This document shows positions 13,532 to 24,639 of a DNA stretch of 45,348 nucleotides, piece by piece (the first letter of the stretch is position 1; every line of letters starts with the position of its first letter). The DNA lies in contig NC_069000.1 in NCBI RefSeq assembly GCF_001194135.2, positions 47,819,958 to 47,865,305 of the forward strand. The letters are read 5' to 3'. The stretch comes from Octopus bimaculoides. Its lineage: Eukaryota. The notes beneath the pieces are model-generated. The model ran no database searches, was not told where the DNA came from, and saw nothing but the letters and a program-made list of their open reading frames with translations. A program made the position numbers and the translations under genes.

Positions 13532-15549
13532 TTAATTAATTTCTGCCAAGTCTTGAAATTCTGAACTTGCAGGTGAGGGACACATAGGGAATTCTTCAGG
13601 GTCAAGGTAATTGCATTCATTTCCTTGTATAAGGACAGTTACACTGGTGCCACCCACATTGACACCATGGTGACGTAGATGGGCTTTTAAAGAGTTTGAA
13701 TGACGGAAACGTTTGTCACAGTGAGTACATGGATATGGGAAGGAATTTTCATGGATTCGCTTGTGTCGTCGCAGATTTCGGTGGTCACTAAATCTTGCAC
13801 CACAATCAGAACAAGCATGAGGTTTCTCACCGAGGTGTATACGTCTGTGGGATTTCATTGAACCCAAGTGGTTGAAAGTCTGACCACAAAGATCACACAA
13901 GTAACCTTGCATTTGATAACAGCTCTTTATGTGGCTGTGCAGTCCACCAGCCTGAGAAAAAGTACGGCCACATTTATTACAGATGAAACCTTTCACATCA
14001 CTGTGAATGTGACGGTGGTCTGTGAGGTAGGCCAGTTTGGCTGCTTGGAAAGTACACCCTGAAGCATCGCATTTAAATGGACGATTGTCCTGGTGCTCAC
14101 TCTTGTTATGTTCTATGAAATCACGTTGTGTCTGAGAGACTTTATTGCAGTAGCTGCAGGTGTACTGATTCTCTGCTGTATGTACCCGGATGTGGCGAGT
14201 GTAATCACATAAGCGGGCATAATTCATGCCACAAACATGACATTTATGAATTACACCTTGTTCATGCGAATTTAAGTGTTTTAAAAGAGCTTTTTCATCA
14301 GCAAAAGATCTTGGACATTTAGGACACTGTACAGCTCGTCGCTTGCGTCGATATCCTCCATCAAATGTGTCTGCTGAGACAATTCCTATTTCATCCAAAT
14401 CGATCTCGACACTGTTTTTTGGGACTTTCTGTGGACGGGCAGCTTTGCGCTTTGGTAAAGGCAGTGAGTCTTCGTAACAAGCCACTTTCTTACCTTTAAC
14501 CTGACTCCCATCTTTATTCACATAAATAACATCTCGGTAAATCTTTTTGCGATCCTGAAGACAAGCATCAGTTTTTGACGGCCTTAGTTTCACTTTCATC
14601 AGTGAATTTTTTTTCCCACTGTCTTTACTGCTGTTGCTGCTGCTGTTGGAATCATTACTGCTTGAAAGGTGTTGAAGGGACGGCAACGGATGCAGAACAG
14701 TCTCAGCTTGTTTCTTTGTTTTGGCAAGGATAGAAAAAACCTTGGAATTCTGGCCATATTCCACACTTGATTGCTGCAGGTAATTACTTAGGGTTGGGAA
14801 TTTGTAATTTCTCGATTCGTTTGAAGAGCCAGACTCTGTTGCAAAGGATAGATTACTAACACTGGAAGCAGATCCAGAATTATTGGAGTCTGCAGAGAAA
14901 GCAGAGTTGCAATCTAGACTTGGTGACGATGAAGATGATACAACATTCTCCTGGTGCAGTCCCATGATTACCCAAAGATAGTTGTTGATATAATCGGAAA
15001 GAGAGAGAGACGAATTGTTGTTATAATTGGAGGAATTTTGTGTTGAAATCTTTGCAACTTTAGCCTTGCTTGGTGCTTCGGCTTCTGAGTTCTTTGAAGA
15101 TGAATTTGGTAATGGAACTGAAGATGGGAAAGAAAATGAGTGTGATGATAATAATTCTGATGATTTTAGATAGTCTTCACAGACGATACTGATTTCTTTG
15201 ACCCCCAGATGATGGGAAAGCTCTTGAAGTTCTGAAACCAGTTTGCGGGGACATTTCAGGATTCCTGTATAAAGGAATCCAACCAAGATTACTGTTGTGT
15301 CATAGGAATAGCCACAGAGATTAATATAATATTTCCCTGACACTTCTTCAAATTTGGCAAGATCAGCAAAATGAGAACAGAAAATGGAAAAGATTGTCGT
15401 ATGAATATAGAGATTGGGATAACCAGCTTCAAACTGAAGAATTAGGTTACAGAATCGATTTTGCCTTTGTTGAAGACACAAGCCATCCCACAACCGCTTG
15501 ATGTATCCTTCGTATTTGTGATAAACCTCTCCACCAAAAGAGGAATTTG
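13532..15549 (-). CDS. Terminal coding exon of a BTB-BTB-zinc finger transcription factor: BTB domain 2, Ser/Asn-rich linker, 8 zinc fingers
   Basis: The 653-aa ORF extends upstream in frame to the acceptor ttttcttctatttcag|CA (exon starts at 15549, phase 1). BTB motifs: YHKYEGYIKRLWDGLCLQQRQNRFCNLILQF and FLYTGILKCPRKLVSELQELSHHLGVKEISIVC. Eight C-x2/4-C...H-x3/4-H/C fingers at about 14326-13667, including an HLGEKPH linker. Basic NLS-like RRKRR. Stop TAA at 13534-13532. Confidence 0.93.
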
Positions 15550-15777
15550 CTGAAATAGAAGAAAAAAATTTATTTTAGAGTAACCAAGATGGCAGAATAA
15601 GAATGGTTCTGTAACAAATAGAAATGAGTCCTTATTCAAGGAGGAGGAATGGTATGTAGTGACATTCATGCCTTTCCTTCAGATATTTATGAATGTCTAA
15701 AGAACAATGGAATCTATTGAGATTTGAAACCAGATCCCAGTGTTTCATGGCATGCTGAGTGCCTGTCTACTTTCAGA

Positions 15778-16505
15778 GGTCAACAATGAAATAATATATA
15801 ACTAGGTCAACACTAAACCCTGCATCTATAACTGGGTCAAGAATGAAGTTAACATTCTTAATTAGGTCAACAATGAAGGCTACATTAATGAATGGATAAA
15901 TATTGAAATCTACATTAATAAGTTAGTTCAAGCCTGAATTAAGTATTCGGCCAACATTAAGTTTGATAGATGCAACTTTGTCAGCATCAAATTTTGAAGC
16001 AAATAAATAATAAACAATAAGTTTATATTAACATCCAAGTTAACACATTTTATACTAATAACTGGGCCAACAGTGTTTATATTAATAACAGAGTCAACTT
16101 TGGAATCTATTTTTATAACTTGATCAATAATGAAGTTAATATTAATAATTGGGTTTACAATGCAGTCTATTTCAATAACTAAGTTAACAGCCATATTTTC
16201 TTTCAGAGCAGTTGGGTCTATAGTGAAATATTAATAAACAGGTCAATGCTTGAGCCTATTTTGAAAACTGGGTCAACACCGAAGTATATATTTATAATTA
16301 GGTCAACATTGCAACCTATTTTAACAAGTAGGTTAACAGTCTAGTTAATATTAATTACTGGGTCAGTAATTGGGGACTGTTTTAATAACATTAACGTCCA
16401 TTTTCAAAAACTAGACCAACAGTTAACACTGTACAATGAAGTAGGCCAACTTTTGTGCCCATTTTGATAACCAAGTCAATAATAAAGTTCATATTAATAA
16501 CTAGA
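15778..16505. repeat. Degenerate 30-bp tandem array (about 24 units), consensus approximately AATAACTRGGTCAACAATGAAGTCTATATT
   Basis: GGTCA/GGTTA anchors sit at exact 30-bp spacing: 15805, 15835, 15865 and 16241, 16271, 16301, 16331, 16361. Confidence 0.8.
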
Positions 16506-16693
16506 TTCTGTCTTATTAAAGATAAAAAAAAGAAAAAACAAAACAAGTAGAGGCTGAAGTACTGTGCCCCAGTCTGGCCAGGGTCTAAAGACTGAAACAT
16601 ATTAACACAATAAAGGAATATGGGATCCTAGATATCATGCACACACACACACACGTATGTGTATGTGTGTGTGTGTGTGCATGAGAGTGTGAT

Positions 16694-16726
<33 letters not shown>

Positions 16727-16739
16727 TGGTCCTACTTAC

Positions 16740-16890
16740 ATTTATTGTTCCTTCCTGTCTCTTTAGTTTTCTTTGAAGTTGTGAGTGGAGAATCTTTATG
16801 AAGAAGCTCAGACTTGAGTGTGGAGAGATTTCTCAATGACTTGGAACTGAGGACGGCTTCAGGGGACACTTCTTGTATGTAGGGCTCTCT
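16740..16890 (-). CDS. Internal 151-nt coding exon (linker between the two BTB domains)
   Basis: Acceptor tttttctcttcccttcctcag|AGA (phase 0) and donor AAT AAA T|gtaagt (phase 1). Open frame REPYIQEVSPEAVLSSKSLRNLSTLKSELLHKDSPLTTSKKTKETGRNNK. Phases match the flanking BTB exons on both sides. Confidence 0.75.
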
Positions 16891-17522
16891 CTGAGGAAGG
16901 GAAGAGAAAAACACAAACATTGATAATAACATCATCATCATCATCACACCCACCACAAACATCACCATCATCACTACATTCAACACTAGTAGTACTGAAT
17001 TCTAGACCTTGAGATTGGAAAGTGAACATTGGCCATACTGCAGCAACACACACACAGATGGTTAACTAGTTCACTTTCCAAAATGTGCTTCCAGTTTTGG
17101 TCCTACAGTTCTGTGCACACAGTGTTTTATTAAAGCCATGATGTGACCAATGCCATATGAAGGAATTGCAGACAGAAACTCTAGGAAGTACAACCCCACT
17201 GCTTCCTGTCACCCCTATTCCTCCTTGAACCACTCAGTTGACCCAAATATAGCCCTCCATGACACACACACACATGTCAGATAACTTCACAAACACACAC
17301 TTTATCCAGCAGTCCCTTATGCATACACCAATGGATAACAGGGACACGCACACTCACCCACATGCATACACACAGATAAAAACATGCAATATTCAGGCAT
17401 AAACACACATAATACACAACAGTGTCACACATACTTTATATGTATAAACATGCACTCACACACGCACGCATGCACACACATGCTACTTGCACAAAGCACA
17501 CATTTGGCTGCTACACACGTTT

Positions 17523-17554
<32 letters not shown>

Positions 17555-17944
17555 CTAATAATCTCACACACTTCCACACACATCACTTCCCTTATATGCA
17601 TATACTTGTTTACTCACATACACACACACACTCCCAGGTCTACACACATGCTCATATAATCTTCATACTTACTATTTTTCTAGATGCATGAAAAAAACTT
17701 CCCAAAAAGTTACAAATTAAGAAATTGTGGTGGGGCCGGGGGAGGGGGGGATGATGAACATTTTGAAAATACAAACAATAACTTCCATTCTGCCAGTAAC
17801 CCAGTTCCATATACATATCAGCTGTGCTGATTTTGCCCATAAGAAAGGAACAAATAATACAATGTGAACTGCTATAAGCTGATGACCTTGCTCTCTTATT
17901 GCAGAATCCTTAGCAGAATAGAAATTCCAGGTATGGAAACAAAA

Positions 17945-18520
17945 GCTGGAATCACAGGTAGATTAACAGATAAATTTGTCTTTGTATGTGGCAGATGTGT
18001 CCTAAGGGTGCACAGGACTTAGATTTTCTCAAATGTCCAGGAGGCTCCCTTGAGGTTGTAGATGATTTCTGTTATCTAGGTGACCAACTTAGCAATGATG
18101 GAGGATGTTCTGGAAGTATCATTTCTAGAATAAGAATTGGATGGAGGAAGTTCAGAGAGCTTTTATCTCTGTTGGCAACAAAAGAACTCTCTCAAATTGA
18201 AAGGTAGACTATATGATACTTGTGTCCGATTGGCTATACTCCATGGTAGTGAGACATAGGCTCTGAATGAAGAAGACATGTGCAGACTGGAGAGAAATGA
18301 AGGTAGCATGCTCTGTTGGATGTGCAACATCAGTGTGCATGTACGACAAAGTGCAAATGTGTTAAGAGAGACAAGTTGGGCAAAAGAGGAATCAAATGCA
18401 GCATGCAAGAGAGAAGACTACGTTGGTTTGCACATGTGATGCGTATGAACGAGGCCAACAGCATAAAGAAGTGCTGATCACTGAAAGTAGATGGTACCCA
18501 CAGAGGAGGGAGACCCTCAC
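17945..18520 (+). mobile_element. RTE-clade LINE 3' ORF fragment (intronic, antisense to the BTB gene)
   Basis: VFVCGRC, SLEVVDDFCYLGDQLS, RIRIGWRKFRELL, LHGSETWAL, RLERNEGSML and ERRLRWFAHVMRM...RGGRP, with frameshifts. Confidence 0.9.
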
Positions 18521-18766
18521 ATAAATAACTTTACCCCCATCACATAAAGAACTTCTCCAAACTTTTCCAGCATTTCTTTATAATGTTTATTGATGTAACC
18601 AGCAGCAATTTCCATAGACTCTTTCCTATTACTTGCAATAAACTCTCTCTGAAAAGGGAGGGTGTCCATGGCTAGAATGTCTTTAATTATATCCAGACTT
18701 CAAGATGTAAAAGTGATCTTTAAACAACAACAACGACAACAACAATAACAAAACAGGAATACTTAC

Positions 18767-19260
18767 ATCACAATCAATTTTTGGTTTCTCCTTGTCAGTG
18801 ATAAAAGCCTTCTGTTCCCGAATCAATTTATTACAGATACTGATCACTTCCTCGAGACCGAGATAACGAGCTAAGCGCTTGAGGTCAAGAAGCAGCTTGC
18901 TGGAGCATTTCACAACTCCTGTATAGAGGAATGTTAGGGCAATGAGGACAGTTTCTTCATCAAAGTCTTTCACATCTAAAACATATTTTGCTGCCTTCTC
19001 ATCAAAGCTGACAATATCAAAAAATTTGAAGCAGAAATTGTCAAAGATGCAAGCATGTGCAACAAGTTGTACCTGCTTCTTCTTTGTGTGTTGCACATTG
19101 GCATTAGTTCCTGTGTGGCACTGCACCAGTAAGAAACAGTGAGTGCCTTCCTCCTGTTGCTCTTGAATATTGCGTTGTACATGGCGGATGTAGTTGTCAT
19201 AGATGTGGAATAAGTCTTCAGAGGAGGAGAGCGGACGTGACACACACAATTCAGCTTCCT
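18767..19260 (-). CDS. Coding exon containing BTB domain 1 of the same gene
   Basis: Acceptor gtttgtttttatttttcag|AG GAA (phase 1) and donor GAT|gtaagt (phase 0); 494 nt, open. BTB motifs: FHIYDNYIRHVQRNIQEQQEEGTHCFLLVQC, LVAHACIF and FLYTGVVKCSSKLLLDLKRLARYLGLEEVISIC. Confidence 0.85.
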
Positions 19261-19299
19261 CTGAAAAATAAAAACAAACATAATTTAAAAAATGATGAT

Positions 19300-19311
19300 G
19301 ATGATAATAAC

Positions 19312-19380
<69 letters not shown>
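19300..19380. repeat. (AAT)n microsatellite just upstream of the BTB1 exon acceptor
   Basis: Directly visible. It explains the poly-Y start of the 234-aa ORF. Confidence 0.95.
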
Positions 19381-19489
19381 GGCACACAGAGCTGTGCTCG
19401 GTAGGGAAGTGAAAGCATGCTATAAAAATAAAACTACATCTCCTTTGTAAGGCTCAGCGTCTTGAAACTGGTCTTCAGTACTTCATCCT

Positions 19490-20408
19490 ATGCATTCCAA
19501 ATGCTCTGATTCTATCAGGACACCTGAATTTATTCAGGAAGTTAAGCAAAACACTGAAGACAATCCAGGAAAATCAATGAGGTCAATTGCAAAAAGATTT
19601 CATGTGTCAGAAAAAGCAATCAGAAATGTTGTGCATGAAGACATCAGATACGAATCTGATGAGGAGAGGTGAATTCATGTCAGAAAAAACAAAAGAAAAC
19701 CGTTTCATCAGATACAAAAGACTTTGGAACAAACTTAAAAATCCATCAGAAGATGGTGTGATTTGGTTTTTCTCAGATGAGAAAAACTTTGACCAGGACC
19801 AGAATAGAATTAATAGAAGAAATGACAGATGGCTACGTGCAGACCCTTCTGAGGTTCCAGGAGTTAGGCTTCCTCACTTTTTTTCACAAAGCTTTAGGGT
19901 GAATTCTGCTGCATATATTGAGGTTCTGGATAAATTTAAGTCTTGGATCAAAAGACTATGCAATGGAAGGCCTTAAGTCTTTCAACAAGATTCTGCACCA
20001 TCACGCAAGAATGGATGGCCGACAATTTGCATGATCACATCACCCCCCCCCAACATTTGGCCTCCTAATTCTCCAGATCTCAGTCCACTGGACTACTATG
20101 TATGGAGCATCATTGAGAAAAATGTCAATGAACACCACCATAGCACCAAAGATTCTTTGAAAGCTGCCATAGTTCAAGTCATGGCCAAAATGGACAAGGA
20201 CCACTTAATCCGAGATTGTAAACGATTTCAACCCCCTGTAGAGGTAGTTATTGATGCTTATGGTGGCTTTATTGAATGAAATTATTAATTTGATAATTTA
20301 GCTTTATGTTTATGCTATTTTTTATAAAGATACATTTTTTTTTCTGTTATTAAATAAGAATTTTTTAAAAACCATAAATCTCTCCTCAGATATCATCCGG
20401 ACCCTGTA
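19490..20408 (+). mobile_element. maT/Bmmar1-like (DD37D-type) transposase relic, 5'-truncated and internally deleted, antisense to the BTB gene
   Basis: Frameshifted fragments NPGKSMRSIAKRFHVSEKAIRNVVHEDIRY, WFFSDEKNFDQDQ, FQQDSAP and WPPNSPDLSPLDYYVW...GGFIE*. Terminus catccggaccctgTA at about 20394-20408. Confidence 0.85.
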
Positions 20409-20659
20409 TACACACACACACACATTCTAGGATGTAGTTTTAATGCAGTTAGTATCCATTACTAAACACCATGTCATTGCATATACAGTTATCCTATTTA
20501 TGTCTACATGTCATCAAAAATGGGGCTCATCTCATTCACATTATAGTCACCCTTTTGATACAAACCAAATGAAATTAGGATATTCTTGGTACATATAACA
20601 TGCAGTGTATATAACAACCAGTGGATTTACCATATCTACTATATGCTGGGCCCTAGCAC

Positions 20660-20678
20660 CTGCAAAAAGAAGAGCCAT
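20660..20678 (-). CDS. Candidate start-codon exon segment (MALLFA) of the BTB-BTB-ZF gene
   Basis: ATG GCT CTT CTT TTT GCA G|gtgcta gives the phase-1 donor needed to join the BTB1 exon, just downstream of the promoter-like island. The donor is weak, so this is speculative. Confidence 0.25.
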
Positions 20679-20804
20679 CAGAAGGTTGGTTTGGTTTGCC
20701 CAACCCTTGTCTCTCTGGTGTGCCAGAAGACTGTAAGGGATTTGTTGGGTATGAGTTAAAGCTATTTATAACAAACTATAGGCTCCCGATGGCTTCAGAA
20801 TTTT

Positions 20805-21020
20805 ACTCTATCACGTGACCTTATTAGGGGCCGTGATTGGTCAGTTTGCGTTCTGGCGGGAACGGTTCGAAGAAGTTGCCGATTCGAATAATGATCAGTC
20901 ACGTGATGACAAGGTTAATGTTTTCCGCTACGTTCGCGTTTGTTTATATTTATATGAGAAGAATGGCGATAGCAGTTTTGTATCTAATGGCGATAGGTAG
21001 TTTTGTATGTAATGGCGATC
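20805..21020. promoter_or_regulatory. CpG-enriched promoter-like island, possibly bidirectional
   Basis: TCACGTGA E-boxes at 20811-20818 and 20899-20906, inverted CCAAT (TGATTGGTC) at about 20834-20842, and three AATGGCGAT YY1-like motifs at 20962, 20986 and 21011. CpG density is well above the surroundings. Confidence 0.55.
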
Positions 21021-21999
21021 GAGGTGTTAGTTTCACTACAAGACCACCAGGAGTGCTGCATCACTTAGGTTTTACTAAGGAGAAGTCTGTTCTGATATAA
21101 AACCGGATATGCAGCGGGGAGACACTAAACATTTAAGAGATCTTTTGTTTGCATTTGAAATCACGATGCTCGCACACTCCTGAGCCTGTGACCCATATTA
21201 CCTTGCCCTGGCTTGTTTCTGCATCATGTCAGGAGGGTGAAGAGGGTCTTTGACGTGTGATGCAAGCCTTATTGAGATTAAAAACTTTAGGTTATGCAAT
21301 CGCCGGTGAAGTAACTATCCAATGCGCAGCCAAGTCGGTTGCCAGCATGGAATCGGTGGACGCAAACCTGGGTTAAGCTTACTGCTGGTGTAGTAGCCTC
21401 TTGCGCAGACATTGATGGCGTTTTGCACGGGCAATGGTCAGTAATGGTCTTCCTTGGTCACTATATTACGAGCGCACACATGCAAACATACATAATTGCT
21501 TGGCTTGCTAGGGTTAACAGCCAAATCTCCCTCACCCTGCTGCTTTACAATAAAAGCACGGACACATTGGATAATGTAGTTCTAGAATATATTATATTAA
21601 AAAAACAAAAGAAAAGAAACAATCGTGTTGGTAACATCTGTAATGTCTTCTTTCATCAAAAGCGTGCTATTTGATATCTGGTTCTTTATAATACGAGAGA
21701 GAGAGAAAAAAAGAGAGCGTGGAAGAGAAGGTAGTTTAGATACAGGGGAGATAATCGACGATTAAGTGAGTTGTTTCCCTTACCCCATTGATAACTAGAC
21801 TGTTTTGAATCTGTCCATTTATTTTGGCAAATTAGTTTTATAAACACCAAAAGTAGAGAATAAAACATTTGTGAAGTAAAGTCTCTGACAAAACCAAAAA
21901 TAATGGCAAAGAAAAATACAAGTTTTCAATAAACAGAATATAATTTAAATACAACTGCTTTGCAAAACACACACACACACACAAATCTGGTACTTATTC

Positions 22000-22185
22000 T
22001 GGGCGTTAACATGCTAGCACTGGTTGTTACAGACACAAAAGACATACACACGAATTACATACAACAGGCTTCTTTCAGTTTCCATCCATCAAATCCATTT
22101 ACAAGTCATTGGTCAACTTAGGTTATAACAGAAGACATTTGCCCAAAGTACCACATAGTGGGACTGAACCCAGGACCACATGGTC
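22000..22185 (-). mobile_element. SINE family B fragment
   Basis: aggcttctttcagtttcc...ttgcccaaagtaccacatagtgggactgaacccaggaccacatgg matches family B. Confidence 0.65.
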
Positions 22186-22289
22186 ATTCCTAATCATAAA
22201 TAAATATTTATGTTTATGTATTTACAAGATTCTATTCATAATTTGTCTTAAAGTATAATATTAAATCATGATCATCATCATCATCATCA

Positions 22290-22450
22290 TCATTTAAGAT
22301 CCGTTTTCCATGCTGGCAAGGGTTGAATGGTTTGACCAGCTGAAGGGCTCTTCAGGCGCCATGTCTCTGTTTTGGCACGGTTTCTATGGGTGGATGCCCT
22401 TCCTAACACCAACCGCTTTACAGAGTGTACTGGGTGCTTTTAGGGCAGCC
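22290..22450 (-). repeat. RTE 3' UTR-type repeat fragment
   Basis: (cat)n ttaagatccgttttccatgc...ggatgcccttcctaacaccaacc, the reverse of the shared tail. Confidence 0.6.
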
Positions 22451-22986
22451 ATGCTTGACAAACCACCAGGAGTCTCAGTCCCCTGTCATGCCCTCTGTGT
22501 GTCTCAATGTCTGTAGATCCTTTCTCTATTAAGATAAAAACACTTTTTTGCAAAAAAAGGTTTCTATATGAAGGGAAACCATGTTAAAACTGGGGCTGCA
22601 TTGATACTAATGGTAATGGCAATATGCAAATTAAGCATTTTCTGTTGAAACTTACATCATTTAAAAGAGTAAAAGGATTCTCTTTCTCTCTATGTAAAAT
22701 TTGAATTGTAATTGATTAAATCTATAGAATTAATTAAAATTTAGCCATCACTATAATTTTGTCTTTTACTCTTTTGGTACCAGCCAAATCGACTTGTCTA
22801 TCCAAAGTCCTTTTTTTTTTTGAAATGATCGAAATAAATATCTTCCACCAAAATTTCATGTTAATTTATGTTCCAAACACCAGATTAATTAATTAACGAC
22901 AAATGATTAAAATTAAGGCAGTGTATTTCAGCAGAAATACGATATGAAAAGTGTCAAAGTAAATGGTGCTACTACTACTACTACTA

Positions 22987-23053
<67 letters not shown>

Positions 23054-24064
23054 CACACACTTACATACACACATACATACATAAACATGCACATGTATAT
23101 TTATTTATACACACACATGCACTCCCCACGCACATATAAAAAATAGATGCAAGCATGGTAAGTTTGTTTGCACATAAATGGTCTGGGTTCAGTGCCACTG
23201 CATGGCACCTTGGTGTGCAATGGCTCCCCCCTCCCTCCCTGTTACAAGTGCAGGGCGAGGATACATGAAAGTGTTGTAAGATTTTTGTGTCCTGAAATGA
23301 TCAAAAATGCTTAGAATGAATGGATCGATTCTAAGCATTGATTATAGATTGAAGAATAACTTGTGGGGGTGATCTTAGATGGATGAGGTTCCTTCATTGG
23401 CCCTTATTGGAGGCTCCCCCTCTATATTTGGTAGAAGAGGAGGGAGAGAGAGAGAGGAGAGGTATGTTGGGGATATAGAGAGGAAAGGCTGTCTCATTTC
23501 TTCTCCCCTCCATCAATTTTTGCCTTTTTTATTCAAGTTTATTTAAGCCTCCCCCCCCCTCACCAACCACTACATCATAACCTTTTCTTATGTCTTATCT
23601 CACACCTCTATGGCAAGTCAAAACAATTATTATCATCATCATCATCAGCTACAAACCTATAAATATTGTATAAAGTGTGAGATGCACAATTTTTATTTAT
23701 TTTTGTATTGTTTGTTGAATAATTATTGAAATGTTCACATCCTCCTGTTTCATTTAAACATAGAGACATGCCGTCTTCCTTTTATGCTGGATTAATCTTC
23801 CAACAAATAAATTCAACACACAAAACACACACACACACACACAATACCATTAACATATTCCACATATACATTATGTTTCAATGTCTAATCTGGAATGAAA
23901 CAATAAAGAGATGTTTTATGACTTTTTATTAAATTGTGTAATTAGCAACTGCAAATAATTAATGAAATGTTAACCTATTTATTTCTGATGAATGTTTGAT
24001 GTGGTGTCCAGTCATATATCAAGAGGATGACTACTTAAAAAAAAAATTAATGAAGGAAGGGACA

Positions 24065-24480
24065 AATTAACTGGCACCTGTGCCATTGACATGTAAATAG
24101 CACCGTTTGAGCATTGGGCCTCACGGAGGCACGGTGGTCAATGCCGGTGGCATGTGAAAAGCACCTTTTGAGTGTTGGGCCTCACAGAGGCAATGACAAA
24201 TGACAAAGACCTTTGGCATTATGTTACGTTTGAGAAGAAAACCCACCAAGTCAAGTGAAATTGCTGTTGTGGCAGATATTGGTGTCATGCAAGTGGCACC
24301 TGTGCCAGTGGCACATAAAAGCACCCATTACAGTCTCAGAGTGGTTGGCATTAGGAAGGGCATCCAGCTATAGTAACCATGCCAAATCACACTGGAGTCT
24401 GGTGCAGCCTTCCAGCCTTGCCAGCCCTGGTCAAACCGTCCAACCCATACCAGCATGGACAACGGACGTTAAATGATGAT
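24065..24480 (+). repeat. RTE-associated 3' UTR-type interspersed repeat with internal ggcacctgtgcca duplications
   Basis: gtggttggcattaggaagggcatccagc...gtccaacccataccagcatgg...ggacgttaaatgatgatgat is shared with 22290-22450, 34090-34145, 40310-40500 and the 3' end of the RTE at 42510-42710. Confidence 0.7.
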
Positions 24481-24639
24481 GATAGTGATAATGATGTATA
24501 TGTATATATGTATGGATGTTTATGTATTTATGTATATGTATGTATATCGTCATCATCATTGTTTAATGTCTATCTTCCATGCACTCATGGGTAGAATGGC
24601 TGACAGGCGCTGGCAAGGTAGAAAAACTACCCTAGCCTA

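Noticed and set aside
13868-14322. Plus-strand ORFs overlapping the zinc-finger exon
   Set aside because: Antisense shadows of the real coding strand.
15442-15669. 75-aa minus ORF overlapping the start of the ZF exon
   Set aside because: It is a different frame crossing the splice acceptor, and the BTB frame explains the region.
15778-16505. CRISPR-like periodic array
   Set aside because: The context is eukaryotic, there are no unique spacers and no cas genes, and it is a continuous degenerate minisatellite.
19490-20279. Domesticated transposase exons of the BTB gene (SETMAR-like fusion)
   Set aside because: The transposase is antisense to the gene, frameshifted and internally deleted.
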